This document shows, one piece after another, positions 36,989 through 49,136 of a DNA stretch of 54,037 nt (its first letter is position 1; each line of letters starts with the position of its first letter). The stretch spans positions 1-54,037 of the forward strand of contig JAUYKS010000014.1 in assembly GCA_030699935.1 (NCBI GenBank), read 5' to 3'. The notes under the pieces are model-generated. The model was not told where the DNA came from. It did no database searches and saw only the letters and a list, made by a program, of their open reading frames with translations. The position numbers and the translations under genes were made by a program. Origin of the DNA: a bacterium (GTDB lineage: Bacteria; Patescibacteriota; SICC01).

Positions 36989-39733
36989 CTACTCCTGAGT
37001 GCCTGGCGTACCGGCGACACTACCCGAGACCGACAGGCCGTGGTCCGGGAACCAGGTACGGCCCTCTTGGACCACCCGGAAATGTTCGGTGAACTTCCCG
37101 ACGTCGGACGCCGTGATCGTAAAGCTGAACAGGGCGGTCTCGCCGGGCAGGATCTCGGTGGCGTCTACCGAACTGAACGTCACGCCATTGACGACCCGGC
37201 CGTCAATCCCGGAAGCCCGGCTGGAGGATATCCACGGGTCGGATCCCGCCAACGTCGCGAACGCGGACTGCCGGCCCGCCGGCCGGGCCGTCCCCAGGCG
37301 GACCAGGTTAGGACCGGACACCGGCCATACGTACCGCCCCGTGTTCTTCACGGCGATCTGTACCACGGCGGTATCCTCTTCGCGCAGCGTATTCAGGTTT
37401 CGGGAGTACGACTTGTTGACGACCTGGTAGTCATACGTTTGCGCGGTGATGTTGAGCGGGAACGCGATGCCCTGGTCCGGCAGCCACGCCGTGCCCTCGT
37501 GCACCAGGTTGAACCGTTCCACGTACCGGCCGCCGTCGATATCGGAATCGACGCGAAGCGGCACGTTGAACTGTGCCGTCTGGCCCTGTTCGATTTTCTT
37601 GACGTTCGCGGTGACCGAATTTCCGTCTACCCGGCCGTCGATCCCGGAAGCCCGGTTACGCGAAGACCACGGATCGGCCCCGGAGAGCGACGCGAAGAGG
37701 GAAGACCGGTTCTGCGGCCCGCTGGTCCCGAGCCGGACCGGATTCGGGCCGCCCACCGGCCACGACCCCCGGCCGTAGTTCTTGACCCGCACGTTCGCGA
37801 CCAGGGTGTCGCCATAGCCGAGGTCGGAGGGGTCGCGGGAATACTGCTGGCTCACGATCGCATAGTCGTACGCGTCGGACCGCACGGTCACCGGGATGAA
37901 GGCGCGGGTTTCCCGCAGCCAGCCGCCAGCGCCATCGCCGACCGGACGGAGGTATTCGCGGTAGGACCCGTCCGGCTTGGTCTTGGTCTGCACCTGGAAG
38001 TCGAACCGCGCGACCTGCCCCGGGTTAACGACGCGCTCGCCGGGAGCGTCCGCCACGGCATCGATGCTGCTGGCGCGGTTGGCGGACAGCCAATCGGGCC
38101 CGCGGAACGGGGAAGGATGGTCGCGGCCCTTGTCCGTACCGAGCCGCAACTTCCCGTTGACCGGCCAGGACACCTGGCCGCTGTTACGGATGTAGACGCG
38201 GGCGGTCTCGGCCTCGCGGCCGAAGACGATCGGATCGGGGTTCTCCTGCTTGACCCACTCGTAATGGTTGCCCTTCGGCAGTATCCGTAACTTGAAGTAC
38301 AGGCCGATATCGTTCAGCCAACGTTTGTTCTCGATCAGCGGGCGGAAGAATTCCTTGTAGGTCCCGGGCTTGCCGGGGGACTTGATCGTGAAGGAGAAGA
38401 CGCCGATCTCCCCCGGCTTCACGACGGATGACCGCACGATCCGGCTCTGCGCCGGGACGTACACGCCGTCGAGGCCCGAAGGCCGCCGCGAGTTGATCCA
38501 ACCCTCTCCCCGCGGAACCCCGCCGCGTCCCGACCGGCTGGCGAACGCGCTGTGCCGGTTCTGACGGCGTTCCGTGCCGAGCCGGACCGGATACTTGCCG
38601 CCCGCTTGCCAGGCGATGTCCCCTGTGTTCTTGATGTAGGCCTTCAGGTTTACCAGGCTGCCCGGTACCAGGTAGCGATGCATGTCGGTGCGGGTCAATG
38701 ATACGGAAGAAAGGCTGTCGTGGGCGGTGACGCGGTATCCCCGGGCGGCGTATCGCGGCGCTTGGACCCGGACCTTGGCGTGCATGCCGATGTCGTGCAT
38801 CCACCCGCGACCCTCGACGAGAGGCCGGAAGTACTTGTAGTACGTTCCCGGCTTTACGCCCTTGTTGTTGAACTTCGCCCGGAAGACGGCGACCTGCCCG
38901 GGCGCGGTATCCGATTGCATCCCGATCCGGTTCGCAGTGATCCATCCCTGGCCGCCCATGCCGGCGGAGAACATGGTCCGGTGGTTGAGCGGCCGGGCAG
39001 TCCCGATCCGCACTGCGCCCGCGCCGTCCTTCCGCCAAGTCGCCGTGCCGGTATTCTTCAGGCGGAACTGGATCCAGTACTCGGCGGTCTTGCCGGTGGC
39101 GATCGCGCCGGTCTGCGAGACATGGCGGTACTTGTACGTGGGGCGCGCCGGCGGCCGCGGCTTGCGGGCGTTGATGAATCGCGTCGGATGGACGTATCGG
39201 TTGATCTCCTTCTTGCCCTCGTACCCGTTGATCAACGGCCAGTACTTGCCGGTCGCGGCCCCGTACTTGCCGGGAGTAATCGAGAAGTGGAGGTGAGCCG
39301 CCCAGCGGCCGTTCTCGCGCGAGTGGCCGCGGCCGACGGTGCCGATGCGTTGGCCTTTGCTGACGCGCTGGCCGGCGCTGACCCGGCGGTCGTTGCCGAG
39401 GTGGGCATATAGTCCGACCACCTTCGCGCCGTCGTCGTGTTCGATCATGATCAGGTTGCCCCAGCGCCAGGAGTCCGGGGTCAGCGCGGAGTACCGCACT
39501 ACGCCGTCGGCGACGGCGTAGATCGGGGTGCCCGCTGAGCAGCCGATGTCTTGCCCGGAGTGGTACCCCCAGCCGGAAACGTACTGCCGGAAGTCGTATC
39601 CGGACAATCGCCACGGGGAACAGGCGTATCGGTATCCGGAAGCCGCTTGGCCGGTTTCGGTTGCCACAAACAGCGAGGCGGCGATACCGATGACCGCCGC
39701 GATGCCCAAGAGAACTGTTTTTGATCTGCGCAT
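36989..39733 (-). CDS. secreted M23 peptidase with 5 NBR1-Ig-like repeats
   Basis: Signal peptide, HSGQD and HLHF motifs, LYAHL; five KNTG..W..VRLGT...PG..A.F.F repeats. Confidence 0.88.
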   Translation of the reverse strand: MRRSKTVLLGIAAVIGIAASLFVATETGQAASGYRYACSPWRLSGYDFRQYVSGWGYHSGQDIGCSAGTPIYAVADGVVRYSALTPDSWRWGNLIMIEHDDGAKVVGLYAHLGNDRRVSAGQRVSKGQRIGTVGRGHSRENGRWAAHLHFSITPGKYGAATGKYWPLINGYEGKKEINRYVHPTRFINARKPRPPARPTYKYRHVSQTGAIATGKTAEYWIQFRLKNTGTATWRKDGAGAVRIGTARPLNHRTMFSAGMGGQGWITANRIGMQSDTAPGQVAVFRAKFNNKGVKPGTYYKYFRPLVEGRGWMHDIGMHAKVRVQAPRYAARGYRVTAHDSLSSVSLTRTDMHRYLVPGSLVNLKAYIKNTGDIAWQAGGKYPVRLGTERRQNRHSAFASRSGRGGVPRGEGWINSRRPSGLDGVYVPAQSRIVRSSVVKPGEIGVFSFTIKSPGKPGTYKEFFRPLIENKRWLNDIGLYFKLRILPKGNHYEWVKQENPDPIVFGREAETARVYIRNSGQVSWPVNGKLRLGTDKGRDHPSPFRGPDWLSANRASSIDAVADAPGERVVNPGQVARFDFQVQTKTKPDGSYREYLRPVGDGAGGWLRETRAFIPVTVRSDAYDYAIVSQQYSRDPSDLGYGDTLVANVRVKNYGRGSWPVGGPNPVRLGTSGPQNRSSLFASLSGADPWSSRNRASGIDGRVDGNSVTANVKKIEQGQTAQFNVPLRVDSDIDGGRYVERFNLVHEGTAWLPDQGIAFPLNITAQTYDYQVVNKSYSRNLNTLREEDTAVVQIAVKNTGRYVWPVSGPNLVRLGTARPAGRQSAFATLAGSDPWISSSRASGIDGRVVNGVTFSSVDATEILPGETALFSFTITASDVGKFTEHFRVVQEGRTWFPDHGLSVSGSVAGTPGTQE

Positions 39734-39780
39734 GTGTCCGTTTGTATTTGCCCCCGGTTCCTCTTCCGAGAAATTGGCTT

Positions 39781-39809
39781 AGTGTAGCAAAAAAATGGCA
39801 CCTTGTCAA
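39781..39809 (-). promoter_or_regulatory. sigma70-type promoter of the M23 gene pair
   Basis: Minus strand TTGACA-N17-TACACT. Confidence 0.75.
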
Positions 39810-40230
39810 GTGTTTATGCCTTTACCATGCGGCTTTTACGCATTATCTTGCCCGCATTTTTCCGGACCACATAAACAGAGCCCCAGCGATTCGCTGGAGC
39901 CCTGTATCCCTCTCGGGGTTTTTTTGTTGACGGTACCCGGGTACCGATAATTTCTCGCCGACGGCTTTGTACCGCCTGCGGGTTTTTGTTTTCATACCCA
40001 GTGTACCTTGTGGGGTCCGGATCACGGCGATTCGAGGTAAATGCAACTTTGCCTCTGTTAAGGATAAAAGTGCCAGTCCGAACAAAGCTATTCCGTGGTT
40101 TATTGGGGAAAATTCCCTACGTTCCGAAATAAATAGTGATGTCAAGCGGCATCTGGACGGCGCCGCGAATATCTAGTGCATACTTGCTTACGTTTGCTTG
40201 CGTCCCGTCCCGGTCGCGTACACTGGAACG

Positions 40231-41316
40231 GTGACTACCCTGCTGTTCGCGTTCCTGCTGACGTTCGCCGCCGCCGCCGCCTTCACGCCGTGGGTCGGCC
40301 GTTTGGCGATCCGGCTCGGTATCGTGGACCGTCCGGGCGGCCGGCGCATCCACCGGAAGGTGACCCCGCGCCTCGGCGGCGCCGCGGTGCTGGCGGGATT
40401 CTTCGTCGGGTTCCTGGTCTTCCTGCCGCAGCTCGCGCCGAACTTCCGTCCGGGGCAGCTCCTGATCTTCTCGCTGACCGCCGTCTTCCTGCTGCTGGTC
40501 GGATTCTGGGACGACCGCCGCGGCCTGTCCCCGCCGGTCCAGCTCTTGAGTCACATCGTCGCCGGCATCTCGCTGGCTGCCGCCGGCATGGCGATCGAGG
40601 AGATCACGAACCCGTTCGGCGGGAAGATCCCGCTCGACCAGCTCCAGGTCGCCATGCCGTTCGATGCCGGCGGCCGGATGCTGAACCTGCCGGCGGACCT
40701 GCTTACCGTGATCTGGGTGGTCCTCGTCATCAACGCGGTCAATTGGCTGGACGGACTGGACGGTCTGGCGTCGGGGGTCGGCGGCATCGCCGCGGTCACC
40801 ATCGCGTTGCTTTCGTTGAGCGCCGTCGTCGACCAGCCGCACGTCGCGCTCCTGGCGCTGCTGTTAGCAGGGAGCATCGCCGGGTTCCTGATCTACAACT
40901 TCCATCCCGCCAAGATCTTTCTCGGGACGATCGGTTCGACGTTCATCGGCTACGTCCTGGCGACCTTGGCCGTGATCTCCGGCGGCAAGATCGCGACGGC
41001 GTTCCTGGTGCTCGGCTTCCCGATCCTCGACGCGACGACGATAATCCTGCGACGGGTCGCGACGGGCGCGCCGCCGTGGAAGCCCGACACGCGGCATCTC
41101 CACCACCTGTTGCTGCGGCGCGGGTTCACGGTCCGCAAGACCGTCTTGTTCCTGTACGGCGTCTCGGCCGTCTTCGGCCTGACCGCGCTGATCGCCGGTA
41201 CGACCGGCCGGAAAGTTTTAATGGCCGCCGTCCTTGCGGTGATGCTTGTCACGTTGCTGGTCTGGTTGGCGCGGCCGGTTTCGAAGACCAAACCGACCCG
41301 GAAGCTCGCGCGCTGA
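40231..41316 (+). CDS. WecA/TagO-like undecaprenyl-phosphate GlcNAc-1-phosphate transferase (MraY family)
   Basis: RRIH..TPRLGG, GFWDD, NAVNWLDGLDGL, NFHPAKIFLG, HLHH; GTG start 6 nt after TACACT. Confidence 0.92.
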   Translation: MTTLLFAFLLTFAAAAAFTPWVGRLAIRLGIVDRPGGRRIHRKVTPRLGGAAVLAGFFVGFLVFLPQLAPNFRPGQLLIFSLTAVFLLLVGFWDDRRGLSPPVQLLSHIVAGISLAAAGMAIEEITNPFGGKIPLDQLQVAMPFDAGGRMLNLPADLLTVIWVVLVINAVNWLDGLDGLASGVGGIAAVTIALLSLSAVVDQPHVALLALLLAGSIAGFLIYNFHPAKIFLGTIGSTFIGYVLATLAVISGGKIATAFLVLGFPILDATTIILRRVATGAPPWKPDTRHLHHLLLRRGFTVRKTVLFLYGVSAVFGLTALIAGTTGRKVLMAAVLAVMLVTLLVWLARPVSKTKPTRKLAR

Positions 41317-41351
41317 CTCCGCCGGCTGATATAGTAATCGGTTGAATCAAT

Positions 41352-42680
41352 ATGGAAGCAGCAATACATGAACGATTGTCCTTCGATGCGGATCCGGAGT
41401 ATTCCGGCCCGGAGCTAGACTTGAATCCGGACCTCCCCTCGCACGAATCGGCGAACGAGCGGCTCAGTCTCACCGAAGAAATCCAGCTGGCGCGGCGGAT
41501 CGAACAGTGCGATCCGGAAGCCTTGGATCGGATCGTCGAAGCGCACCTTGACCTGGTCTTCTACCATGCCTACGTGAATCGCAACAAAGGAATCGAATTC
41601 GAGGAATTGGTACAGGAGGGAAGCATCGGATTGGTCGATGCCGCCAAGCATTTCGATTATCGGCTCGGTAACCGCTTCAACACGTTCGCATACGAACGGG
41701 TCCGCGGTGCGGTAATCGACACTCTCCGCACTCAACAGAGAATCATCCGTATACCAGCCTCCGTCACGAGGAAGCTCGGCAAACGAACTCGTGCGGAGGG
41801 ATTATTACATGAGCTTCTGGATCGTCCGCCGACGGACGAAGAACTGGCTGAATATCTGGATTTGGAACTTAGGGATCTGGATCCGTCCTGGGCGCAATCG
41901 CCTCAGACCATCGACACCAGGCCCAACCAAGAGGGCGAGGATTTCACGCTTGAGGCGATGCTTCCGGACCACGGAGCTTCGGATCCCGAACGTTGCCTGA
42001 TCGCTTCCGAAGACGTCGAACGGATATCCGAAGCGGTCGAAAAGGTCATGTCGGACCTCGACGAGCGCACACGGTCGATCGTCGAATTGTATTACGGACT
42101 GAAGGATGAAGGTCCGATGAGTTTACGGGCAGTTGGGGAACGGTTCGGGGTTACCGAATCCCGGATCAGTCAGGTCGTGAAACCGGTTCGGGAAAAACTA
42201 CAAGCGGCACTGTTGGAAAGCGAATTCTATCATCCTGAGCGAAAGCGTAACGGACGCAACGGGGCCCGGAAATTCCGTCTCAAGCGTCTCGGTGATCGCG
42301 TTCAGGCTGAAATTGAGAAAGCGCAGCGGTTGTACCAGGATGAAGCGCATGACCAGGTTCTCCAAACGCTGGAAGGGCTGGATCAAAAGCCGCCGTATCC
42401 TGACAATGGGCCATTCAGTATATTGCTGGTTCAAGCCCGATCCGGGGACGAATCGGCGATCCGCACCCTGTCCGCCGAGTATCGCGGCGCGGCGTTGATC
42501 GCCGCCGCCCATTATGTATCGGAAAACGGATCCGGGTTTAATGCGGACGTTGCCCGTGCCGCCGAGGCGGACGCCGATGCGGCGTTTCGAGAGTCGCTGG
42601 CGGATGCACCGTTGAACGGACGGCGTTTTATGCATCATCTCTACCGGAAGACGCACGAAGTCCTCGAGTCTGCGGCGTAA
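41352..42680 (+). CDS. divergent sigma-70 family factor with C-terminal extension
   Basis: EEIQLARRI (1.2), ELVQEGSIGL..A..FDY..G.RF.TFA (2), IRIP...PTDEELA (3), SLRAVGERFGVTESRISQ (4); about 150 extra aa. Confidence 0.88.
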   Translation: MEAAIHERLSFDADPEYSGPELDLNPDLPSHESANERLSLTEEIQLARRIEQCDPEALDRIVEAHLDLVFYHAYVNRNKGIEFEELVQEGSIGLVDAAKHFDYRLGNRFNTFAYERVRGAVIDTLRTQQRIIRIPASVTRKLGKRTRAEGLLHELLDRPPTDEELAEYLDLELRDLDPSWAQSPQTIDTRPNQEGEDFTLEAMLPDHGASDPERCLIASEDVERISEAVEKVMSDLDERTRSIVELYYGLKDEGPMSLRAVGERFGVTESRISQVVKPVREKLQAALLESEFYHPERKRNGRNGARKFRLKRLGDRVQAEIEKAQRLYQDEAHDQVLQTLEGLDQKPPYPDNGPFSILLVQARSGDESAIRTLSAEYRGAALIAAAHYVSENGSGFNADVARAAEADADAAFRESLADAPLNGRRFMHHLYRKTHEVLESAA

Positions 42681-42776
42681 ATTTTCGAAATCAAAAAATC
42701 GGGCCCGCCTTATGCACATGATAATTCGACAATCGCCTGGAGTCGCAGGGCCTTCCCACGGTAAGCTAAGGACCGT

Positions 42777-42985
42777 ATGGCTAAAGACATCAGCACCGGC
42801 AAAGGGCTCTGGATAGGCCTCCTGATCCTCGGGCAGGTCACCGCGATCCTGGTCCTGACGGCGATCGCCGGGTACGTACTCGACCTCGTATTCGACACGG
42901 CGCCGTTCGCTCTGGCCGGTAGCGTGATCATCGGCGGGATCGGCGCGACCCTGGTCGTGCTCAAGGAAGTCGTGGGACTGGCGAA

Positions 42986-42989
<4 letters not shown>
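42777..42989 (+). CDS. AtpZ/AtpI-type ATP synthase accessory protein
   Basis: Two TM helices, GY.LD..F.T.P; first gene of the atp operon. Confidence 0.75.
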
Positions 42990-44012
<1,023 letters not shown>

Positions 44013-44021
44013 CCGATTCCT

Positions 44022-44564
44022 ATGGAGATTCTCGAACGATTCGGCATCGAGGGTAAGCTGTTGCTTGTCCAGTTCATCAACTTCGCGATCCTGCTCGCGG
44101 TGATCTGGAAGTTCATCCTGCCGCGGCTGACGTCGTTGATGCGGGAGCGGGAGCGGAAGGTCGCCGATTCGCTGAAGGGAGCCGAGCAAGCGCGTCAGGA
44201 GATCGAGGAGCTCCAAGCCAAGCAGGCCAAGGAGCGCGAGGCCGCCCGGGCCGCGGCCGAGCGGATCGTCGCCGAGGCGAAGGAAGCGGCCCACGAGTCC
44301 AAGGAACAGATCATGGCAGAGGCACGGAAAGAGTCCGCGGCCCTGCGCGAGCGTACCGAACAGGCGCTGACGCAGGAACGCGAGTCGCTGCGCACGGAAC
44401 TCCGCGCCGAGCTGGCCGGCCTGACCGTCGAGACCACCCGGAAGATCCTGACCGATGTGGTGACGCCGGCGGACCGGAAGCGTTTGGTGCAGGCCGCGGA
44501 AAAGCATCTCGCGAAGCAGGCGAAAGTCGCGAAGCCGACGAAATCTGGAGGGAAGCGTGGCTGA
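44022..44564 (+). CDS. atpF: ATP synthase subunit b
   Basis: QFINFAIL TM helix plus long coiled coil; operon position. Confidence 0.93.
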   Translation: MEILERFGIEGKLLLVQFINFAILLAVIWKFILPRLTSLMRERERKVADSLKGAEQARQEIEELQAKQAKEREAARAAAERIVAEAKEAAHESKEQIMAEARKESAALRERTEQALTQERESLRTELRAELAGLTVETTRKILTDVVTPADRKRLVQAAEKHLAKQAKVAKPTKSGGKRG

Positions 44565-45078
44565 CCTCGGTCCTTACGCCGACGCGCTGAAAGTCGTCGC
44601 CAAGGACAAGGCGGCGTCCTGGCGGGAACTCGCTGCGCTTTCGGAAGCCGTCTCCCGAGAACCGGAACTGAAGCGCGGCTTGATCGACGCGGGCACCCGG
44701 CCGGAGCCGGCCCGCGGCAAGCGGCTCGCCGCGTTGCTGAAGCCGGTCAGTACTCCGGTCGCCAAGCTGGTCGGACTATTGCTGGCGGAAGGCGCGCTGG
44801 GCCAACTCTCCGAGCTCGTCGACGTCTACTCGCGGAGCCTGGCCAAGGAAGGCTTCGTCCGCGTCCACCTCGAATCGGCGGAGCGATTGACGGACGCGGA
44901 GGAAAAGAAGGTCCTCCGAGCGCTGAAGATCGCACCGGCCAAGGCCCTGATCACGTCCGAGACCGGCCCCTCGCTGATCGGCGGCATCCGCGCTACGGTA
45001 AACGGGCGTGTCCACGACGCGACGCTCGGCGGACGGCTCGACCGGGCCGCCGAGGCGCTGCAAGGAGCAGCCGCATAA
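44557..45078 (+). CDS. atpH: ATP synthase subunit delta
   Basis: PYADAL...; SLIGGI...VHDATLGGRL; operon position. Confidence 0.88.
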   Translation: MADLGPYADALKVVAKDKAASWRELAALSEAVSREPELKRGLIDAGTRPEPARGKRLAALLKPVSTPVAKLVGLLLAEGALGQLSELVDVYSRSLAKEGFVRVHLESAERLTDAEEKKVLRALKIAPAKALITSETGPSLIGGIRATVNGRVHDATLGGRLDRAAEALQGAAA

Positions 45079-45087
45079 GGAAACATC

Positions 45088-46599
<1,512 letters not shown>

Positions 46600-46600
46600 C

Positions 46601-47485
46601 ATGGCCTCGACCCGCGACATCAAGCGGCGGCTGTCCTCGATCGACAACACCCGACAGATCACCCGGGCGATGGAGATGGTGGCCGCCACCAAGATGCGGA
46701 AGGCGCAGGAGGCCGTCCGGGCCGGACGGGCATACGGCGAGCGCGCCCAGGAATTGCTGGCCGAGGTGTCCGCGGAGTCCGACGGAAGGGATCAACCACT
46801 GCTGGCCCGGCGTCCGGTCAAGAAGACCGGTATCGTGCTGGTCACTTCCGACCGCGGCCTGGCCGGCGCGATGAACACCAACGTCCTCAAGGCCGGGCTG
46901 GAAGCGGCGAGCGTCGGGACCGCCCGTGCCGGCTCCGGACAAAGCACCTTCATCCCGGTCGGACGGAAGGCCGAGCAGGCGCTGACCGCGCGCAAGCTCC
47001 CGATGACCGCCGCCTTCAGCGGGCTGCTCGACACGCCGGAGTATCAGGAAGTCCTGCCGATCGCCGAGATCTTGATCAACGACTTCACCGACGGCAAGCT
47101 GGACGCGATCGACCTCGTCTACCCGAAGTTCGTCTCGACGCTCCGCAACGAGGCCGTCGTCGAACGGCTGCTCCCGGCGACGCTTCCGGACAAATCCGAT
47201 GGCGGGGCGGGGACCAAGCCCGGAGCCAAGGCGCTCCTCACTTTCGAGCCGAGCCCGGAAGAAGTTCTTACCGCGCTGCTCCCGCGCCTGATCGAGATCC
47301 GCCTCTTCACGGCGCTGCTCGAGACCAAGGCCTCCGAGCACTCCTCGCGGATGATCGCGATGCGCAACGCCACCGGCAACGCCGAGGACCTGCTCGACGC
47401 GCTGCGGCTCAGCTACAATCAGGCCCGCCAGCAGGCGATCACCACCGAGATCGCGGAAATCGCGGCTGCCAGCGCTACGAAGTAA
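46601..47485 (+). CDS. atpG: ATP synthase subunit gamma
   Basis: ITRAMEMVAA, SDRGLAG, SEHSSRMIAM..AT.NA, YNQARQ..IT.EI. Confidence 0.97.
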   Translation: MASTRDIKRRLSSIDNTRQITRAMEMVAATKMRKAQEAVRAGRAYGERAQELLAEVSAESDGRDQPLLARRPVKKTGIVLVTSDRGLAGAMNTNVLKAGLEAASVGTARAGSGQSTFIPVGRKAEQALTARKLPMTAAFSGLLDTPEYQEVLPIAEILINDFTDGKLDAIDLVYPKFVSTLRNEAVVERLLPATLPDKSDGGAGTKPGAKALLTFEPSPEEVLTALLPRLIEIRLFTALLETKASEHSSRMIAMRNATGNAEDLLDALRLSYNQARQQAITTEIAEIAAASATK

Positions 47486-47622
47486 CAAAAACTAGCCTTC
47501 TTGACGCCTCGCGGCTACCACGTACGATGAGCCTGTGAGGGAGCAAAAAGCTTGCTCATTCATACAAAAAAGCATTGACGGAAAGGCCTTTCTACGCTAC
47601 AATGCCTCAACCTGAAGAACCA

Positions 47623-47979
47623 ATGAACAGCTTCCAACTCCAGGAATTGATCAAAAACGTACAGACAATGATGCGCTGTCCGAGTTGCGGCGCCCACTAC
47701 ACCGAGAACCACATCCACTTCCTCGGCCAGCTCGACATGGCCGCGCTGATCCAGCTCGACTGCGAAAGCTGCGGGCTGCCGGTGATGGCGACGATCGTGG
47801 TCTCCGGCAAGGAACAGCAGACGCCGAAGCTGCTCTCCGACGTCAGCAAGGAAGACCTCAAGGGCAAGCACGTCAAAGACCCCGTCACCTCCGACCACGT
47901 GGTCGACACCCATCAGTTCCTCAAGGAATTCGACGGGAACTTCGAGAAAGCCTTCGCGGGCGGCGGCTCTGGCGGCTGA
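47623..47979 (+). CDS. zinc-ribbon hypothetical protein
   Basis: CPSC...CESC; TTGACG-N17-TACAAT promoter at 47575-47603 favours the 47623 start. Confidence 0.75.
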   Translation: MNSFQLQELIKNVQTMMRCPSCGAHYTENHIHFLGQLDMAALIQLDCESCGLPVMATIVVSGKEQQTPKLLSDVSKEDLKGKHVKDPVTSDHVVDTHQFLKEFDGNFEKAFAGGGSGG

Positions 47980-48031
47980 CCCAGCCTGACCCAGCCTGAC
48001 CGCGTCAGCCGCTTTGCGGTACCGTTGAAGT

Positions 48032-49117
48032 ATGTCGACACTCGAACAATCGGCAGGCGAACAGCGCCGGGTCGCGATCCTCGGCAGTGGATACACCGCG
48101 GCCGTCGCGGCGGAGATCATCCATCATCATCCGGATTTCAAGCTGGCGGTGGTAGCGAGTCGCAGTAAAGCAGGCGGCCGCTTCGATTGGATATCTCAGG
48201 ACTGGGCGGTTCCGCTACATGGACTGCCGATCGTTATCGAACACCCCTCGAATATTTTCGAAGATCCGGAAAGCTGGGAATTGGACGCTGCGTTGGTCAC
48301 ATACGCCGATGCCGAAGGGGCCGAAGCGTCGGAGACTTTGCAGGCGAACGGCCTGCGGGTGGTCGACCTCGGCGGCGGCCTGCGACTGCGCGATCCGGAA
48401 ACGCGCGAACGTTGGTACGGCGAGGATACGGCCACCGACCTGCTCGCCAGCGAAGACGTCGTTTACGGATTGACCGAGCTCTACCGCGATGAAATCCGGG
48501 AAGCCGAAGTAGTCGCGAATCCCGGCTGCTACCCGACGGCCAGCGTGCTTGGCCTGGCGCCGTTGGCGCGGGAAGGATTGATCGAATCCGTGCAGATCGA
48601 AGCGTATTCCGGAATTTCCGGCGCCGGCTTGGGCGGCAGAGAAAAATTCAAGGATACCCGCGGAGATGTCGTCGAATACGGCCGGGACGGTCATCGGCAC
48701 CAGCCGGAAATCGAACAGGAACTGGCCGCACTCGGTTGTCACGGACCGGTTGAGTTCCGGCCCCACGTCATCACAGACGTTTTCCAGGGGATGAGCCTGA
48801 ACTGCAACGTGACGTTGAATCGCGAGGCGTATCGGGACGAAATCGAGACTCTATACCAGGACGCATATCGGGACGAGCCCTTCGTCGAGGTAGTAGTCAG
48901 GCCGCCTTCCATGGAAGCGGTTCGGGAGACTAACCTTTGCCGGATGTATGTGGCCTCGCTGGATATAGTGAAGGGAAACAAGTTTTCGGTGAGGGTAGTG
49001 ATCGACAATCTCTGGAAAGGCGCCTCCAGTCAGGCGGTCCAGAACCTCAACCTGATGCACGGCCTGCCGGAAGAGACCGGCCTACCCGCCTCGACACTGG
49101 AGCGAATCGCCGGATAA
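48032..49117 (+). CDS. argC: divergent N-acetyl-gamma-glutamyl-phosphate reductase
   Basis: YGLTELYR, VANPGCYPT, SGISGAG, HRHQPEI, IDNLWKGA..QAVQNLN. Confidence 0.85.
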   Translation: MSTLEQSAGEQRRVAILGSGYTAAVAAEIIHHHPDFKLAVVASRSKAGGRFDWISQDWAVPLHGLPIVIEHPSNIFEDPESWELDAALVTYADAEGAEASETLQANGLRVVDLGGGLRLRDPETRERWYGEDTATDLLASEDVVYGLTELYRDEIREAEVVANPGCYPTASVLGLAPLAREGLIESVQIEAYSGISGAGLGGREKFKDTRGDVVEYGRDGHRHQPEIEQELAALGCHGPVEFRPHVITDVFQGMSLNCNVTLNREAYRDEIETLYQDAYRDEPFVEVVVRPPSMEAVRETNLCRMYVASLDIVKGNKFSVRVVIDNLWKGASSQAVQNLNLMHGLPEETGLPASTLERIAG

Positions 49118-49136
49118 CGCTATCATTGACTGACGT

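Noticed and set aside
39810-40180. oriC or c-di-AMP/c-di-GMP riboswitch upstream of the M23 genes
   Set aside because: No TTATCCACA cluster or riboswitch consensus recognised, and the M23 promoter lies downstream of this region
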